DNA of 64,000 nucleotides, taken from assembly GCA_026707815.1 (NCBI GenBank), contig JAPOWB010000008.1:62230-126229 (forward strand), given 5' to 3'. Each line of letters starts with the position of its first letter. Position 1 is the stretch's first letter. This DNA is from Candidatus Saccharimonadota bacterium (GTDB lineage Bacteria; Patescibacteriota; Saccharimonadia; Saccharimonadales; VXPC01). A program made the position numbers and the translations under genes. Below are positions 1-8,975 of the stretch, piece by piece. The notes below the pieces were generated by a model. It ran no database searches. It was not told the DNA's origin and saw nothing but the letters and a program-made list of their open reading frames with translations.

Positions 1-272
1 TAGAGGAGATTAATTTGATGGTTAGAATTATGTAAATATAGATAAGTTTGAGCCAGTATAGTGGTTTTGCCCACGCCTCTGAGTCCTGGTATGACAATCC
101 ATCTGTTTTTTGTCTTATTTTTTAGAAAATTATCAACATGTGATTCAATCTGTTGTTGTAGCAATCTTTGAGGCAATAAAGTATCACCGCTACCGATTAT
201 ATCTTGAAGTAGTTGAGGAGTAACATTAATTTGTCTTCTCAGATAGTTGAGTATAATAGTTTCCTGATCCAT
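1..272 (-). CDS. AAA+ ATPase (AAA_14/DUF4143-type), 5' part; runs off the window start
   Basis: Hand-translated from ATG at 272: MDQETIILNYLRRQ...NRWIVIPGLRGVGKTTILAQTYL. Same Walker A context as ORFs 3287, 11107 and 39539. Not in the ORF track. Confidence 0.85.
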   Translation of the reverse strand, partial: MDQETIILNYLRRQINVTPQLLQDIIGSGDTLLPQRLLQQQIESHVDNFLKNKTKNRWIVIPGLRGVGKTTILAQTYLYLHNSNHQINLL

Positions 273-480
273 ATCTTTCTTTGGTTAAGGGCATTATACC
301 AATAAGTGGGTATATTAGTCAATTATACTTTACCAATGAATAAGATTAAAAATCTATTATTGGAATTTTGATTCGATCCAAGCATTTGATAGCCCAGCTT
401 CTTTTCTATATCTCGCTCCGCCTGTAGATTTATAGAGTTATAGAGTTATAGATTAGTATGATGCTTATTCAGTGCATATG

Positions 481-528
481 AAACCCCCCCCCTAATGAAA
501 GGGGGTTATTAGGGTTAGAAGGGGTTAG
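481..528 (-). terminator. Intrinsic terminator and conserved 3' repeat after pilin cassette A
   Basis: Minus strand reads CTAACCCCTTCTAACCCTAATAACCCCCTTTCATTAGG(G)nTTT: a C/G hairpin plus T run. Near copy at 6578-6623. Confidence 0.7.
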
Positions 529-1210
529 TTGATATCGTCAACACAATAAGTAACTGAATCTCCTTCAAGCATATAAAAGATGGCTAGACTACTGCTGATA
601 CCAGATGGAGCAATGTCAGTAGCTTTAACCTCCTTAGAAGTTGCTGCTCTTTGGGGAGATGCTGTGCTACTACATTTCGAACCAGTTATGATAAGCAGTT
701 GGTCTGCTTCATTAAAGCCGGTCCAAGTACCTGCTGTAGTAACAGAGGTTTCACCGCCATGGGGGCTTGTAGTTTCGCAATTACTTTGGGAAGTGCTAGC
801 CACTGTATTCACAGTACCACTGCCAACTACTCGACCTTTGCAACCATTTCCACCAACAAATTTAACTATTCCATTTGTTTTAAAATTAGTTCCCTGCATG
901 TATAGAATTTGAGCTGGTTTTATCGAGTGTTGAGCATTTAGTGAAGAAGTGAGCTTTTCTAATCCAGCCGCTCCCACATGATTAACTTCATTAGGATTAT
1001 ATTGAATGGTAGTAGGTACTCGACCTCCAGCATTAGCTAAAGATTGGTCGTACTGAGTTCTAATAAAAGCTCTATCATTATTTCTGCCACTATTCCTCTG
1101 ATTTCTATTCAATGCCGGAACAGCTACAAAAACCACCGCCAAGATCAAGCCAGCAATGGCGAGGACAATCATGACCTCGACGATGGTGAAGCCTGATATC
1201 TTGGGGTTAT
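525..1210 (-). other. Start-less (silent) type IV pilin cassette A
   Basis: Reads HNPKISG|FTIVEVMIVLAIAGLILAVVFVAVPAL...YMLEGDSVTYCVDDIN. No ATG/GTG/TTG between the upstream in-frame TAA and GFTIVE. The ORF-track ATG at 1172 is residue +7 of the mature pilin. Confidence 0.85.
1132..1210 (-). repeat. 79-bp inverted repeat, left copy (pairs with 1953-2031)
   Basis: Reverse complement is identical base by base to 1953-2031. Confidence 0.95.
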
Positions 1211-1218
1211 GGGAGGCA

Positions 1219-1236
1219 AGATATTCTAGAATATCT
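1219..1236. promoter_or_regulatory. Perfect 18-bp palindrome AGATATTCTAGAATATCT beside the left repeat
   Basis: Self-complementary, 8 bp from the repeat edge. Function unknown. Confidence 0.4.
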
Positions 1237-1798
1237 AAATTATTAATGTATAATGCTAAAAATTGAATTTAACCCTTGGCAGTGAATATATTATTAATTC
1301 AATAAATTCTTATTGATTTTAGTATTATATAAATGCATCTAGCATCTGTAGAGATGAAAGTGTAGCAATACATTGAATAAAATTTATATGCAGATATAGA
1401 AAGTATCTGAAAGGCAAAATGTATAAGTCATTATTCAAGCTATCTAAAAACAATTTTGACGATGTTCAAGCTTAATGCAATCAAGAGTATTTAGTCTGAC
1501 TGCAATAATTCACACGACGACCCCACCCCAGCATCTTATAGCAGAATAATACATTTTGATTATGGCGAGGGAGGGTAAATATTTAAAATGGACAATTAAG
1601 ATTAAAGCTATGAAATATTTAAATATCAAACCCCTTAATTGAATAATTAGATTGCTAGATTAATACAATTTTATCTCTATGTAGTCTAAGTTTTACAGGT
1701 TTCAAATTTTACTTTATAGAGATAGATCCTTTATATAGTTAGTACTGGCTTTATCATGGGAAGTTTCATCTATTGTATTTTTAACTAATATACACCTA

Positions 1799-1871
1799 TT
1801 GACTTATAAGAGCATTTAGATAGACTGGAGGATAACGATATTAAAAAATAAATATAAGAGAAATAGGGGAG
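1799..1871 (+). promoter_or_regulatory. Sigma70-like promoter and RBS of the expressed pilin
   Basis: TTGACT (1799-1804), 16 nt, TAGACT (1821-1826). GGGGAG at 1866-1871 lies upstream of ATG 1880. Confidence 0.65.
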
Positions 1872-1879
1872 TTTATATT

Positions 1880-2509
1880 ATGAATATATCTAAGATATTA
1901 AGGAGTATTTCTTCTTTCATTAATAAGAAGAATACTAATAAAACCAAACTTGATAACCCCAAGATATCAGGCTTCACCATCGTCGAGGTCATGATTGTCC
2001 TCGCCATTGCTGGCTTGATCTTGGCGGTGGTCTTTATTGCTGTTCCGGCATTGCAAAGAAATCAGAGGAATAGTGCGAGACGGAATGATGTGGCATATGT
2101 TAAGGCTCAACTTAATCAGTTGGTTGCCAATCGGGGCAACAGAATTCCAGCAGCTAACGAAAATACCCAAATTGCTGGGATTTTGCAAGATGATGAATTG
2201 AATTATTTGGGATCTGCAGATAACACAGGTCGTCCAACTGTTACTCCAAAAGCTCATGGTGATGCTATAGCTATTGGTGATGCTCAAACAATACTGTGGT
2301 ATGCTGCTGAGCCTACTGGGACTACAGCGCTGAATGTCGGAACAGACATTTTGGTTTTAGTGCGTGGAGAAAGTTGTGGGGGTAACAATATTTTGAGCAA
2401 TGCAAATACTGCTAACATTGCGGGTTTAGTTGAAGCCAACAGAAATATAGCCATCATCTATACATTGGAAGAAGATACCAATGTTTACTGCGAAGATACC
2501 ACTCTCTAG
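1880..2509 (+). CDS. Type IV prepilin, expression-site copy (pilin B)
   Basis: 31-aa leader ending ISG|FTIVE (class III signal, E5), hydrophobic helix, C-terminal YTLEEDTNVYC. Confidence 0.93.
   Translation: MNISKILRSISSFINKKNTNKTKLDNPKISGFTIVEVMIVLAIAGLILAVVFIAVPALQRNQRNSARRNDVAYVKAQLNQLVANRGNRIPAANENTQIAGILQDDELNYLGSADNTGRPTVTPKAHGDAIAIGDAQTILWYAAEPTGTTALNVGTDILVLVRGESCGGNNILSNANTANIAGLVEANRNIAIIYTLEEDTNVYCEDTTL
1953..2031 (+). repeat. 79-bp inverted repeat, right copy; includes the putative recombination site
   Basis: ATAACCCCAAGATATCAGGCTTCACC...GGCGGTGGT, identical to the reverse complement of 1132-1210. Confidence 0.95.
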
Positions 2510-2542
2510 CAACGCCTAACAGAAAGTTAAGAATTGACTGCT

Positions 2543-3253
2543 ATGAAAAAAATAAATTCAAAAGGCTTCACCATCGTCGAGGTCATGATTGTCCTCGCCA
2601 TCGCTGGCTTGATCTTGGCGGTGGTTTTTGTAGCTGTGCCTGCACTGCAAAGGAATCAGAGAAATAGTGCGAGACGGAATGATGTGGCTTATCTGAAGAC
2701 TGCCTTTACTACAACTGTTAGTAATTTGGGCAACCAGATTCCCTCTGCTTCGCAGTTTGGAAGTGCTTTAAAATCTGATGAAATGAATTATATCAGTAGT
2801 ATTACCACCAATCTTGTAAGCACAGTTGCTTTACCGAGTGCGGCTGCAATAAACGCTCAGAATATATGTGAAGCGGCTGGATTGTTTTACAATGCCCATG
2901 CACCTCCCAATGCTAATAAATGCAGCAGTGCTGATGGTGGTAATGCATTTGCCCAAGCTTCAGCTACTCAAGTTTGCGCTGGTCTGAATGGCAATTTAGC
3001 TGGAACAAACTGCTCGAATATAGAGGTGCTTTATTATATGCCGTCTACAACTGCTTCAGTACAAAGAACACTGGCAGATACTGGTAATTCAGCAATGATT
3101 GTCACAAAAGCCCAGTGCGGTGGATTAGTTCACTCATTAACTATAGATACAGATACTGGATCTAGTAATGTGAATCTTCCCGCCTATGCTCAACAATCAG
3201 CTATATTCTTTAGATTAGAGGGAGATGATAACGTTTATTGCGAGAACATCTAA
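2543..3253 (+). CDS. Type IV prepilin with its own short leader (pilin B2)
   Basis: MKKINSKG|FTIVEVMIV..., Cys-rich variable region, ends RLEGDDNVYCENI. Lacks the ATAACCCCAAGATATC site. ATG 2543 preferred over TTG 2534. Confidence 0.9.
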   Translation: MKKINSKGFTIVEVMIVLAIAGLILAVVFVAVPALQRNQRNSARRNDVAYLKTAFTTTVSNLGNQIPSASQFGSALKSDEMNYISSITTNLVSTVALPSAAAINAQNICEAAGLFYNAHAPPNANKCSSADGGNAFAQASATQVCAGLNGNLAGTNCSNIEVLYYMPSTTASVQRTLADTGNSAMIVTKAQCGGLVHSLTIDTDTGSSNVNLPAYAQQSAIFFRLEGDDNVYCENI

Positions 3254-3286
3254 TCTCAATCAGCTGCATAGCTCCCATTGATTTAT

Positions 3287-4711
3287 TTAGATTAAAAGAA
3301 AATACTTCAAGGGTATGAATAAACAGTTATTGTCTATTTGCAGGGGCGTATTGGAAAAAGTGATTGCCCAGTTGCAATCAGTATTCTGTAAAGTATATTC
3401 CATTTGTGAGCCACCTTTCTGCCCTAATCCAAATTCGACAGCCAATTTATGACCATTATTAACCTGTAGAATAAAATCTGTCTGTCTGTCTTTGCCATAA
3501 GTTAAATTACCTTCATAAATAGATATGAAGTGCTTGTAAAAATGTAGCCCGGCAATATCTTCCAGCAACAATCCTTGGCGCATGCTCTTAGTCCGCTCAC
3601 TGGCAATACCATGGTAAAAATTTCTAATAACTGGAGACATAAATAAATACTTAGCTGGATTACGATTATTCACGACTGTGTTCCCTTGAGAAGATATCTT
3701 GATTAATAGTTCTGTTTGATTTAAGGCATCAAGGAAACTGAATATTTGATTGCGACTGCAAGCCAAAATTCGGCTTAGCTTTTCAACGCTGATAATATCA
3801 TTGCTATCTGCTAGGATCGACATCAAGTTATTGATGGCTGTCAAGGAACTAGCTTCAAATTGTTTAATCTTTCTTAAATCGGTATTGATAACTTTATCAA
3901 GCATAGCTTTAATATTATGATTCATACGAACAATATTATTTTGACTATAATTAAGAGGTAAAGTCCCGCTTTCTAAATAAGTTGTCAAATGATTCAATGA
4001 ATATTTAATCCAAGCTGTCTGCATCGTTGAATCTAGCTTTTTCAACCGATTATAAGAATCTTTTGGATTTTGGGCATAATAAATGGCTTGAAATATTTTT
4101 TGTCCTAAATCAGCATCAATAGGCTGGTTATGATAGATGTTTTGGAATTCAACGAAGCTTAAAGGATATAATTTCTCTATGTAAGCTCTTCGACCGGCAA
4201 TATCGGCATCCATTTGCAGATGAACAGCTGATGAGCCTGTGCAGAAGAAAAATATATGAGAGGTATTATCATAAAAAGTCTTCAAAGTTCTTGCCCATTT
4301 GGGATCAATTTGGACTTCATCTATGAATATGAAAGTTGGAATTTTTAGAGCTTCCAAATCTTCACCTAAAATTTTTTCATAGGCCTTTAAAACTTCATAC
4401 AGATTAGAATTTAAATTATTTACCACTTCTTCCAAAGAAAAGTGCAGGAGATTAATTTTGGCTTGGCTATTAGCTAACTTTAAATAAATCTGAGCCATTA
4501 AAGTGCTTTTTCCTACACCCCTCAAACCGGGCATAACCAACCATTTAACTGAATTGCTGACAGATTTCAAAAATTGGTTAATATGTTGTTCAACTGTGAC
4601 AACAGCTTTTCTTTCGGGCAGAGGTTTATTATTGAAGTCCACTGTTCGCAGAGATAGTAAATCATAAGCTCGATTTAGTCGCCTCTGTAAATAATCTATA
4701 ATATCTATCAT
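3287..4711 (-). CDS. AAA+ ATPase (AAA_14 + DUF4143-like)
   Basis: GLRGVGKS Walker A, IFIDEVQ Walker B, TGSSA and AGRR motifs. Confidence 0.85.
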   Translation of the reverse strand: MIDIIDYLQRRLNRAYDLLSLRTVDFNNKPLPERKAVVTVEQHINQFLKSVSNSVKWLVMPGLRGVGKSTLMAQIYLKLANSQAKINLLHFSLEEVVNNLNSNLYEVLKAYEKILGEDLEALKIPTFIFIDEVQIDPKWARTLKTFYDNTSHIFFFCTGSSAVHLQMDADIAGRRAYIEKLYPLSFVEFQNIYHNQPIDADLGQKIFQAIYYAQNPKDSYNRLKKLDSTMQTAWIKYSLNHLTTYLESGTLPLNYSQNNIVRMNHNIKAMLDKVINTDLRKIKQFEASSLTAINNLMSILADSNDIISVEKLSRILACSRNQIFSFLDALNQTELLIKISSQGNTVVNNRNPAKYLFMSPVIRNFYHGIASERTKSMRQGLLLEDIAGLHFYKHFISIYEGNLTYGKDRQTDFILQVNNGHKLAVEFGLGQKGGSQMEYTLQNTDCNWAITFSNTPLQIDNNCLFIPLKYFLLI

Positions 4712-4904
4712 CTTTGTTAATTTGTTAGAATATTTAATAAATCTAATTTCATACTATATTAGCTCATTCAATTTATCTAGTCAATCAATCCCTATCCAAT
4801 AGAGGAGTATCTTGTAAAATCTCGAATTTCTCGATTATTAATATCCAAATGCTAGGATTTAATTTAATCCTAGACATATATTTTTATGTTAATATTTTAA
4901 TAGG

Positions 4905-5807
4905 ATGAATCATAAGCAGAGTTTTGCCATAAATCCACTAGAAGAGGCAATTGCTTACGAAGCTTATATTGCTCTTGAGAAAGATCGCTCTGAACAAAAA
5001 TTAGAACAGCAATTTCAGCTACATAATACTGATAACGAGTTAATTCAAATCCAGGCTAATCAACCTACCATCAGTCAGTTTCTAGATGAGCTACATATTA
5101 GTAGTGATTATCATAAACTAAAACAAGTGATTGCTAAAGAATTAAAGAAAGGAACTGGCTTCTCCATTTGCACCTTTATGAGTTATCACTATCCTCAAAA
5201 GTTGAGAGACAATAAATATCCTTTAAAGTTATTCTACTATCGGGGAGATATAAATCTATTAGATACAAGATGTGTTTCTATTGTTGGCAGCAGACAAGCT
5301 AGCGAAGCTGGTTTGAAAGACACTCAGCAAATCGCTCAATATTTAATAGAAAAGAACTATACGATTATTTCGGGTCTAGCCCAAGGCATAGATACAGTTG
5401 CTTTAACAACTGCTATAAAAACTCATGGGAGAATTATTGGTGTTATTGGCACTCCAATAGATCAATATTACCCCAAAGATAATAAAGATTTACAGGATGA
5501 AATTGGCAGACGACATTTACTCTTAAGCCATGTGCCTTTTTATAAGTATGATAAAGAGCCATTTTCGGCGAGGAGAAATTACTTTCCTCAGAGGAATATT
5601 ATTATGGCTAGCATTAGCCAAGCTACTATTATAGTCGAAGCATCAAATACTAGCGGGACTCTCCATCAAGCTAAAGCAGCCTTAGATCAAGGTCGGCAAT
5701 TATTTATTTTGGATAGATGTTTTAAAACCGCTACTTGGCCAGCTAGATTTGAAAGACAAGGAGCTATTAAAATAAATAATATTGATGACATCAAGGAAAA
5801 TTTCTGA
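4905..5807 (+). CDS. DprA/Smf-family protein (Rossmann domain only; possibly ShosA-like)
   Basis: SIVGSRQAS, ISGLAQGID, FPQRNIIMA and IVEASNTSGT motifs. No C-terminal winged-helix extension. Confidence 0.85.
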   Translation: MNHKQSFAINPLEEAIAYEAYIALEKDRSEQKLEQQFQLHNTDNELIQIQANQPTISQFLDELHISSDYHKLKQVIAKELKKGTGFSICTFMSYHYPQKLRDNKYPLKLFYYRGDINLLDTRCVSIVGSRQASEAGLKDTQQIAQYLIEKNYTIISGLAQGIDTVALTTAIKTHGRIIGVIGTPIDQYYPKDNKDLQDEIGRRHLLLSHVPFYKYDKEPFSARRNYFPQRNIIMASISQATIIVEASNTSGTLHQAKAALDQGRQLFILDRCFKTATWPARFERQGAIKINNIDDIKENF

Positions 5808-5937
5808 TTATAAATGGCATCTGATTACAGATAAAGATAATATTAAACACATAACAGATACTGACTGCTTTGGAAAAATGAAGCATCAAATTCCTATGAT
5901 TGGTTTATTTTGGTCAAAAACCGTCCAAATGGAATAA
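5785..5937 (+). pseudogene. Short 50-aa ORF overlapping the DprA-like stop; probable truncated partner gene
   Basis: MTSRKISDYKWHLITDKDNIKHITDTDCF...ME*. Ends shortly before pilin cassette C. Confidence 0.35.
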
Positions 5938-5985
5938 TTTACAATTCTTTTTGGGATTAATATATGTTTTGCCAAAAATAAGACC

Positions 5986-6581
5986 ATAACCCCAAGATAT
6001 CAGGTTTCACCATTGTCGAGGTCATGATTGTCCTCGCTATTGCTGGGTTAATCTTGGCGGTGGTCTTTATTGCAGTGCCTGCACTAAACAGAAATCAGCG
6101 TAATAGTGCTAGAACAGCAGATAGAAACAATATCAGACAAGCTGTCCTGCAAGTTCAAGCTAATACTGGTGGACGAACAGCCGCCGACCACACCGTAGTT
6201 GGTGGGGCGTTAACAGGACTAGAAGTTGCTCACGTTGGAGATGGGAATGGTTCATATAACAACTCAATCGAAGTAGCTAATGTGAAAGCCTTCACAGTGG
6301 CAGCTCCGCAAATTGATGATGGTGAAATAGAATATATCAGGAGAACCTCTACTGTTACCACGCATACCACCACTGGTACTCCCGGTGATTTCCATTATAA
6401 TGGCTTAGTAATCATTGGGGATGCAAGATGTGCCAAAGATATAATTTCATCTGATGGAAAATTTCCCACTGCTGGTGCTAATATTGGTGGTGGTATTCAG
6501 GGAGCTGCCAATAGAGGCGATATAGTTGTTCTCTATAGGATAGAAGGTGATAATAATATTTATTGTGACGATAATGTCTAA
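5986..6581 (+). other. Start-less (silent) type IV pilin cassette C
   Basis: TAA GAC CAT AAC CCC AAG ATA TCA GGT TTC ACC ATT GTC GAG: in-frame stop at 5979-5981 and no start before GFTIVE. Ends YRIEGDNNIYCDDNV. Confidence 0.88.
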
Positions 6582-6627
6582 CCCCCCTCTAGCCCTAATA
6601 ACCCCCTTTAATTAGGGGGTTTTGTTT
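6578..6627 (+). terminator. Intrinsic terminator and conserved 3' repeat after cassette C
   Basis: AACCCCCT-TTAATT-AGGGGGTT hairpin followed by a T-rich tail. Homologous to 481-528. Confidence 0.8.
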
Positions 6628-6640
6628 AAAAGAAATTATC

Positions 6641-6793
6641 ATGTACCAAAATAAAATAGAAGAAATACACATCAAAAACATTATAGGAAACGTGCAAGTT
6701 GATCCAATTTCACAAGTAATTCTAACCAACCAATTCAACTTAGGCAGAAAGCTGGATCAATTGAGTAAAATGCTTGAACAAAAACTCAGCTAA
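6641..6793 (+). CDS. Small hypothetical protein (50 aa)
   Basis: MYQNKIEEIHIKNII...LEQKLS*, hand-translated. Confidence 0.35.
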   Translation: MYQNKIEEIHIKNIIGNVQVDPISQVILTNQFNLGRKLDQLSKMLEQKLS

Positions 6794-6931
6794 ACTCATT
6801 TTTGGAACTATTAAAATTATCTGTTTTATGGTATAATTATAGATATGAAAGAAGTTTATTTGTTGGTTTGCAAATTTTTAATGAAGTATTATAATTTAAT
6901 AAAGAGTACAATGGCGGGTGGGTGATTTAAA

Positions 6932-7435
6932 ATGCAAAAAGAACTTAAATCTCCCTATCAAGCTATGGATATAGCGGATTGGTTTATCGATCGAGCCAAT
7001 AAGGATTTGACAAATAACAATCCTAAATCAACCGAAAAAGAATATGCTGAATATATTAGCCATTTAAAATTGCAAAAATTACTTTATTTTACTCAAGCAG
7101 CTCACTTAGCTCTTTATGAAAGAGCATTGTTTAAAGACAAAATAGAGGCGTGGGATTATGGTCCTGTTATCCCCAGCGTATATCAACACTTCAAATCTCA
7201 GAGAAGTCGATTCATTAGAAATCCAAAAAGCCTCCAATATAAGAAAATTGATAAAGATGCCCAAGAGTTTTTAGAACAAATATGGCAAATATTTGGCAAA
7301 TTTTCAGCAAGTAAATTAGTGAATTTAACCCACAGTCATGAGCCTTGGAAATCTGCTTGTAAAAAAACAAACAGGATAATCACTCAGGATGCCTTAAAAG
7401 CTTACTACAAGAACATTTTTAGTTTCAAAGACTAA
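6932..7435 (+). CDS. Panacea/SocA (DUF4065, GepA-like) antitoxin
   Basis: ISHLKLQKLLYF, IEAWDYGPVIPSVY and LTHSHEPW motifs. Confidence 0.9.
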   Translation: MQKELKSPYQAMDIADWFIDRANKDLTNNNPKSTEKEYAEYISHLKLQKLLYFTQAAHLALYERALFKDKIEAWDYGPVIPSVYQHFKSQRSRFIRNPKSLQYKKIDKDAQEFLEQIWQIFGKFSASKLVNLTHSHEPWKSACKKTNRIITQDALKAYYKNIFSFKD

Positions 7436-7881
7436 TGCCTAAGAAAAAATCAAGACGGATCGGAGTTGATTCGAAGCAAATAGATGAGGGTTATCAATCA
7501 GAGCGAATAGATGCAGGAGAACAAGACTATTTATCCCGCCAAGTAAGGTTTAGCTTGGCTTATGCTGCTAGAAGCACTAGATACGGTATCTAGAAAGTAT
7601 CTAGGGGCTTTTGGAAACATTTGTGTTCTAGGTTGGGGCATTTTGAAAGAATGACTAATCAGAAAATCCAAAGTATTCCCCACCAAAATGGCTTGAGTAT
7701 TGAGGGAAAAAGTAATCCCACCCATACAAAATTGCAAAATGAATTTACTGAATTCAGCACTTTTGGACATTTTAGAGTTAGCAATAAAAGCAGTAAGCCC
7801 TCTAGGATTTTTGTGGGAATACAGGATGGATTACTCTATTTACTGCTTTTCGATGAAGCTGGTGAAGTGCATCACAAATAA
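7435..7881 (+). pseudogene. Putative toxin partner of the Panacea antitoxin, interrupted by an in-frame TAG at 7591-7593
   Basis: ATG overlaps the antitoxin stop (TAATG). The frame stays open to 7881 except for one TAG. The C-terminus FRVS...RIFVGIQDGLLYLLLFD is RelE-like. Confidence 0.65.
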
Positions 7882-7905
7882 TTGGATGGTGTATAATGCT
7901 CCCCA

Positions 7906-8139
7906 ATGAATCAAGCAAATAATCTTGAGCAAAAACTACAGCTCATAAATGACAATCTAACGGAAATTAAGTTCTTGTTACAAAGAATAGCTGTAGCTAC
8001 TGCCGTTGATATGCATATTAATGGAGTTGAGATGGGATATATGAAAGCGGGAGCTAGAAAACAGCAGTCTGAGATTGCCATTTTAGATATTTTGGATACA
8101 CTAAAACAATGCAACTGTCAGAAAAAGAAAGAGAGTTAA
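7906..8139 (+). CDS. Hypothetical protein
   Basis: 77-aa ORF co-oriented with the TA module. Confidence 0.45.
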   Translation: MNQANNLEQKLQLINDNLTEIKFLLQRIAVATAVDMHINGVEMGYMKAGARKQQSEIAILDILDTLKQCNCQKKKES

Positions 8140-8975
8140 TAGGAAAACTAGAGAAAATCGAAGCAGACATCCGAGCATTTATCAAGGATGCAGTCAAAAC
8201 GCATGATGCGATATTACCGTCAGAAGTTCATATGAAGTGAGGTCTTGTTAAGGGGCTGACATCCGACGATAAAGTTCTTCGATATCAAATAGATATTGGG
8301 TTGCAGTATATCGATCATTCGCTCAAAATGATAATTTTAGATCAATCTGATCGGCGAAATTTTCACAATAGGCCACCCTCCGTAAGTTGAGGTAATTTAT
8401 AATTGAAGGACATGACAGTCCTCTCATGTTTTATATTTTTTTGGAGGGGTTGCTCCAATCTTTTTCTGAATCTGTCTCCCAGTAAATTCCAATTCTCCAA
8501 GTCGATTTCATATGAAAATCTTGTTGCAGTGGCATCTGCAATTTTGAGTATTGCGCAGATCCATCCCTTAGCACCGCTATTAGCATAGAGGAATTAAAAT
8601 GACTCGAAGCATGCGAAAAAATTCTAAATAGTAATATATTGAACGCCAACCAAGCAGAAAAATTTAAAGAAGTTCTAAGAGAGCGAATGACTCTCAATAA
8701 AATATTGAATAAGGAATCAATTGAGATTAAACAGCTGATACAGAAACAATATGATGATTTAGTGAGGGCAACTAAATAACTCCTATTGATTTAAGGGGCC
8801 TTGTTTTAAAAGTGCAAGTTTGCACCTTTTTTGATGGAGAGAATAGAAACACATATTGCTATATTTATTCTCTTTCTTGTCAAGGGGTCAATAAGATTCA
8901 TTATTTTATATCTGCCAATCGCTGGATTTGAAGTATAATTTGTCATTCAAGCCATGAATAGATATAATTCATAGT

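Noticed and set aside
501-528. G-rich GGGGGTTATTAGGGTTAGAAGGGGTTAG (and its counterpart after cassette C) as a Neisseria pilE-type G-quadruplex or telomere-like repeat
   Set aside because: Only three G-tracts of 3 or more on one strand, and one belongs to the terminator stem. It is not a canonical G4.
580-912. Antisense or overlapping ORFs in the track (e.g. 580-912, 1967-2287, 13457-13783, 18103-18432, 38599-38961, 54975-55271)
   Set aside because: These are shadows of well-supported genes on the opposite strand and carry no motifs.
8140-8780. Fragmentary ORFs between the TA module and the DUF4143 ATPase
   Set aside because: Multiple stops and no recognisable motif. Probably a decayed gene that cannot be assigned.
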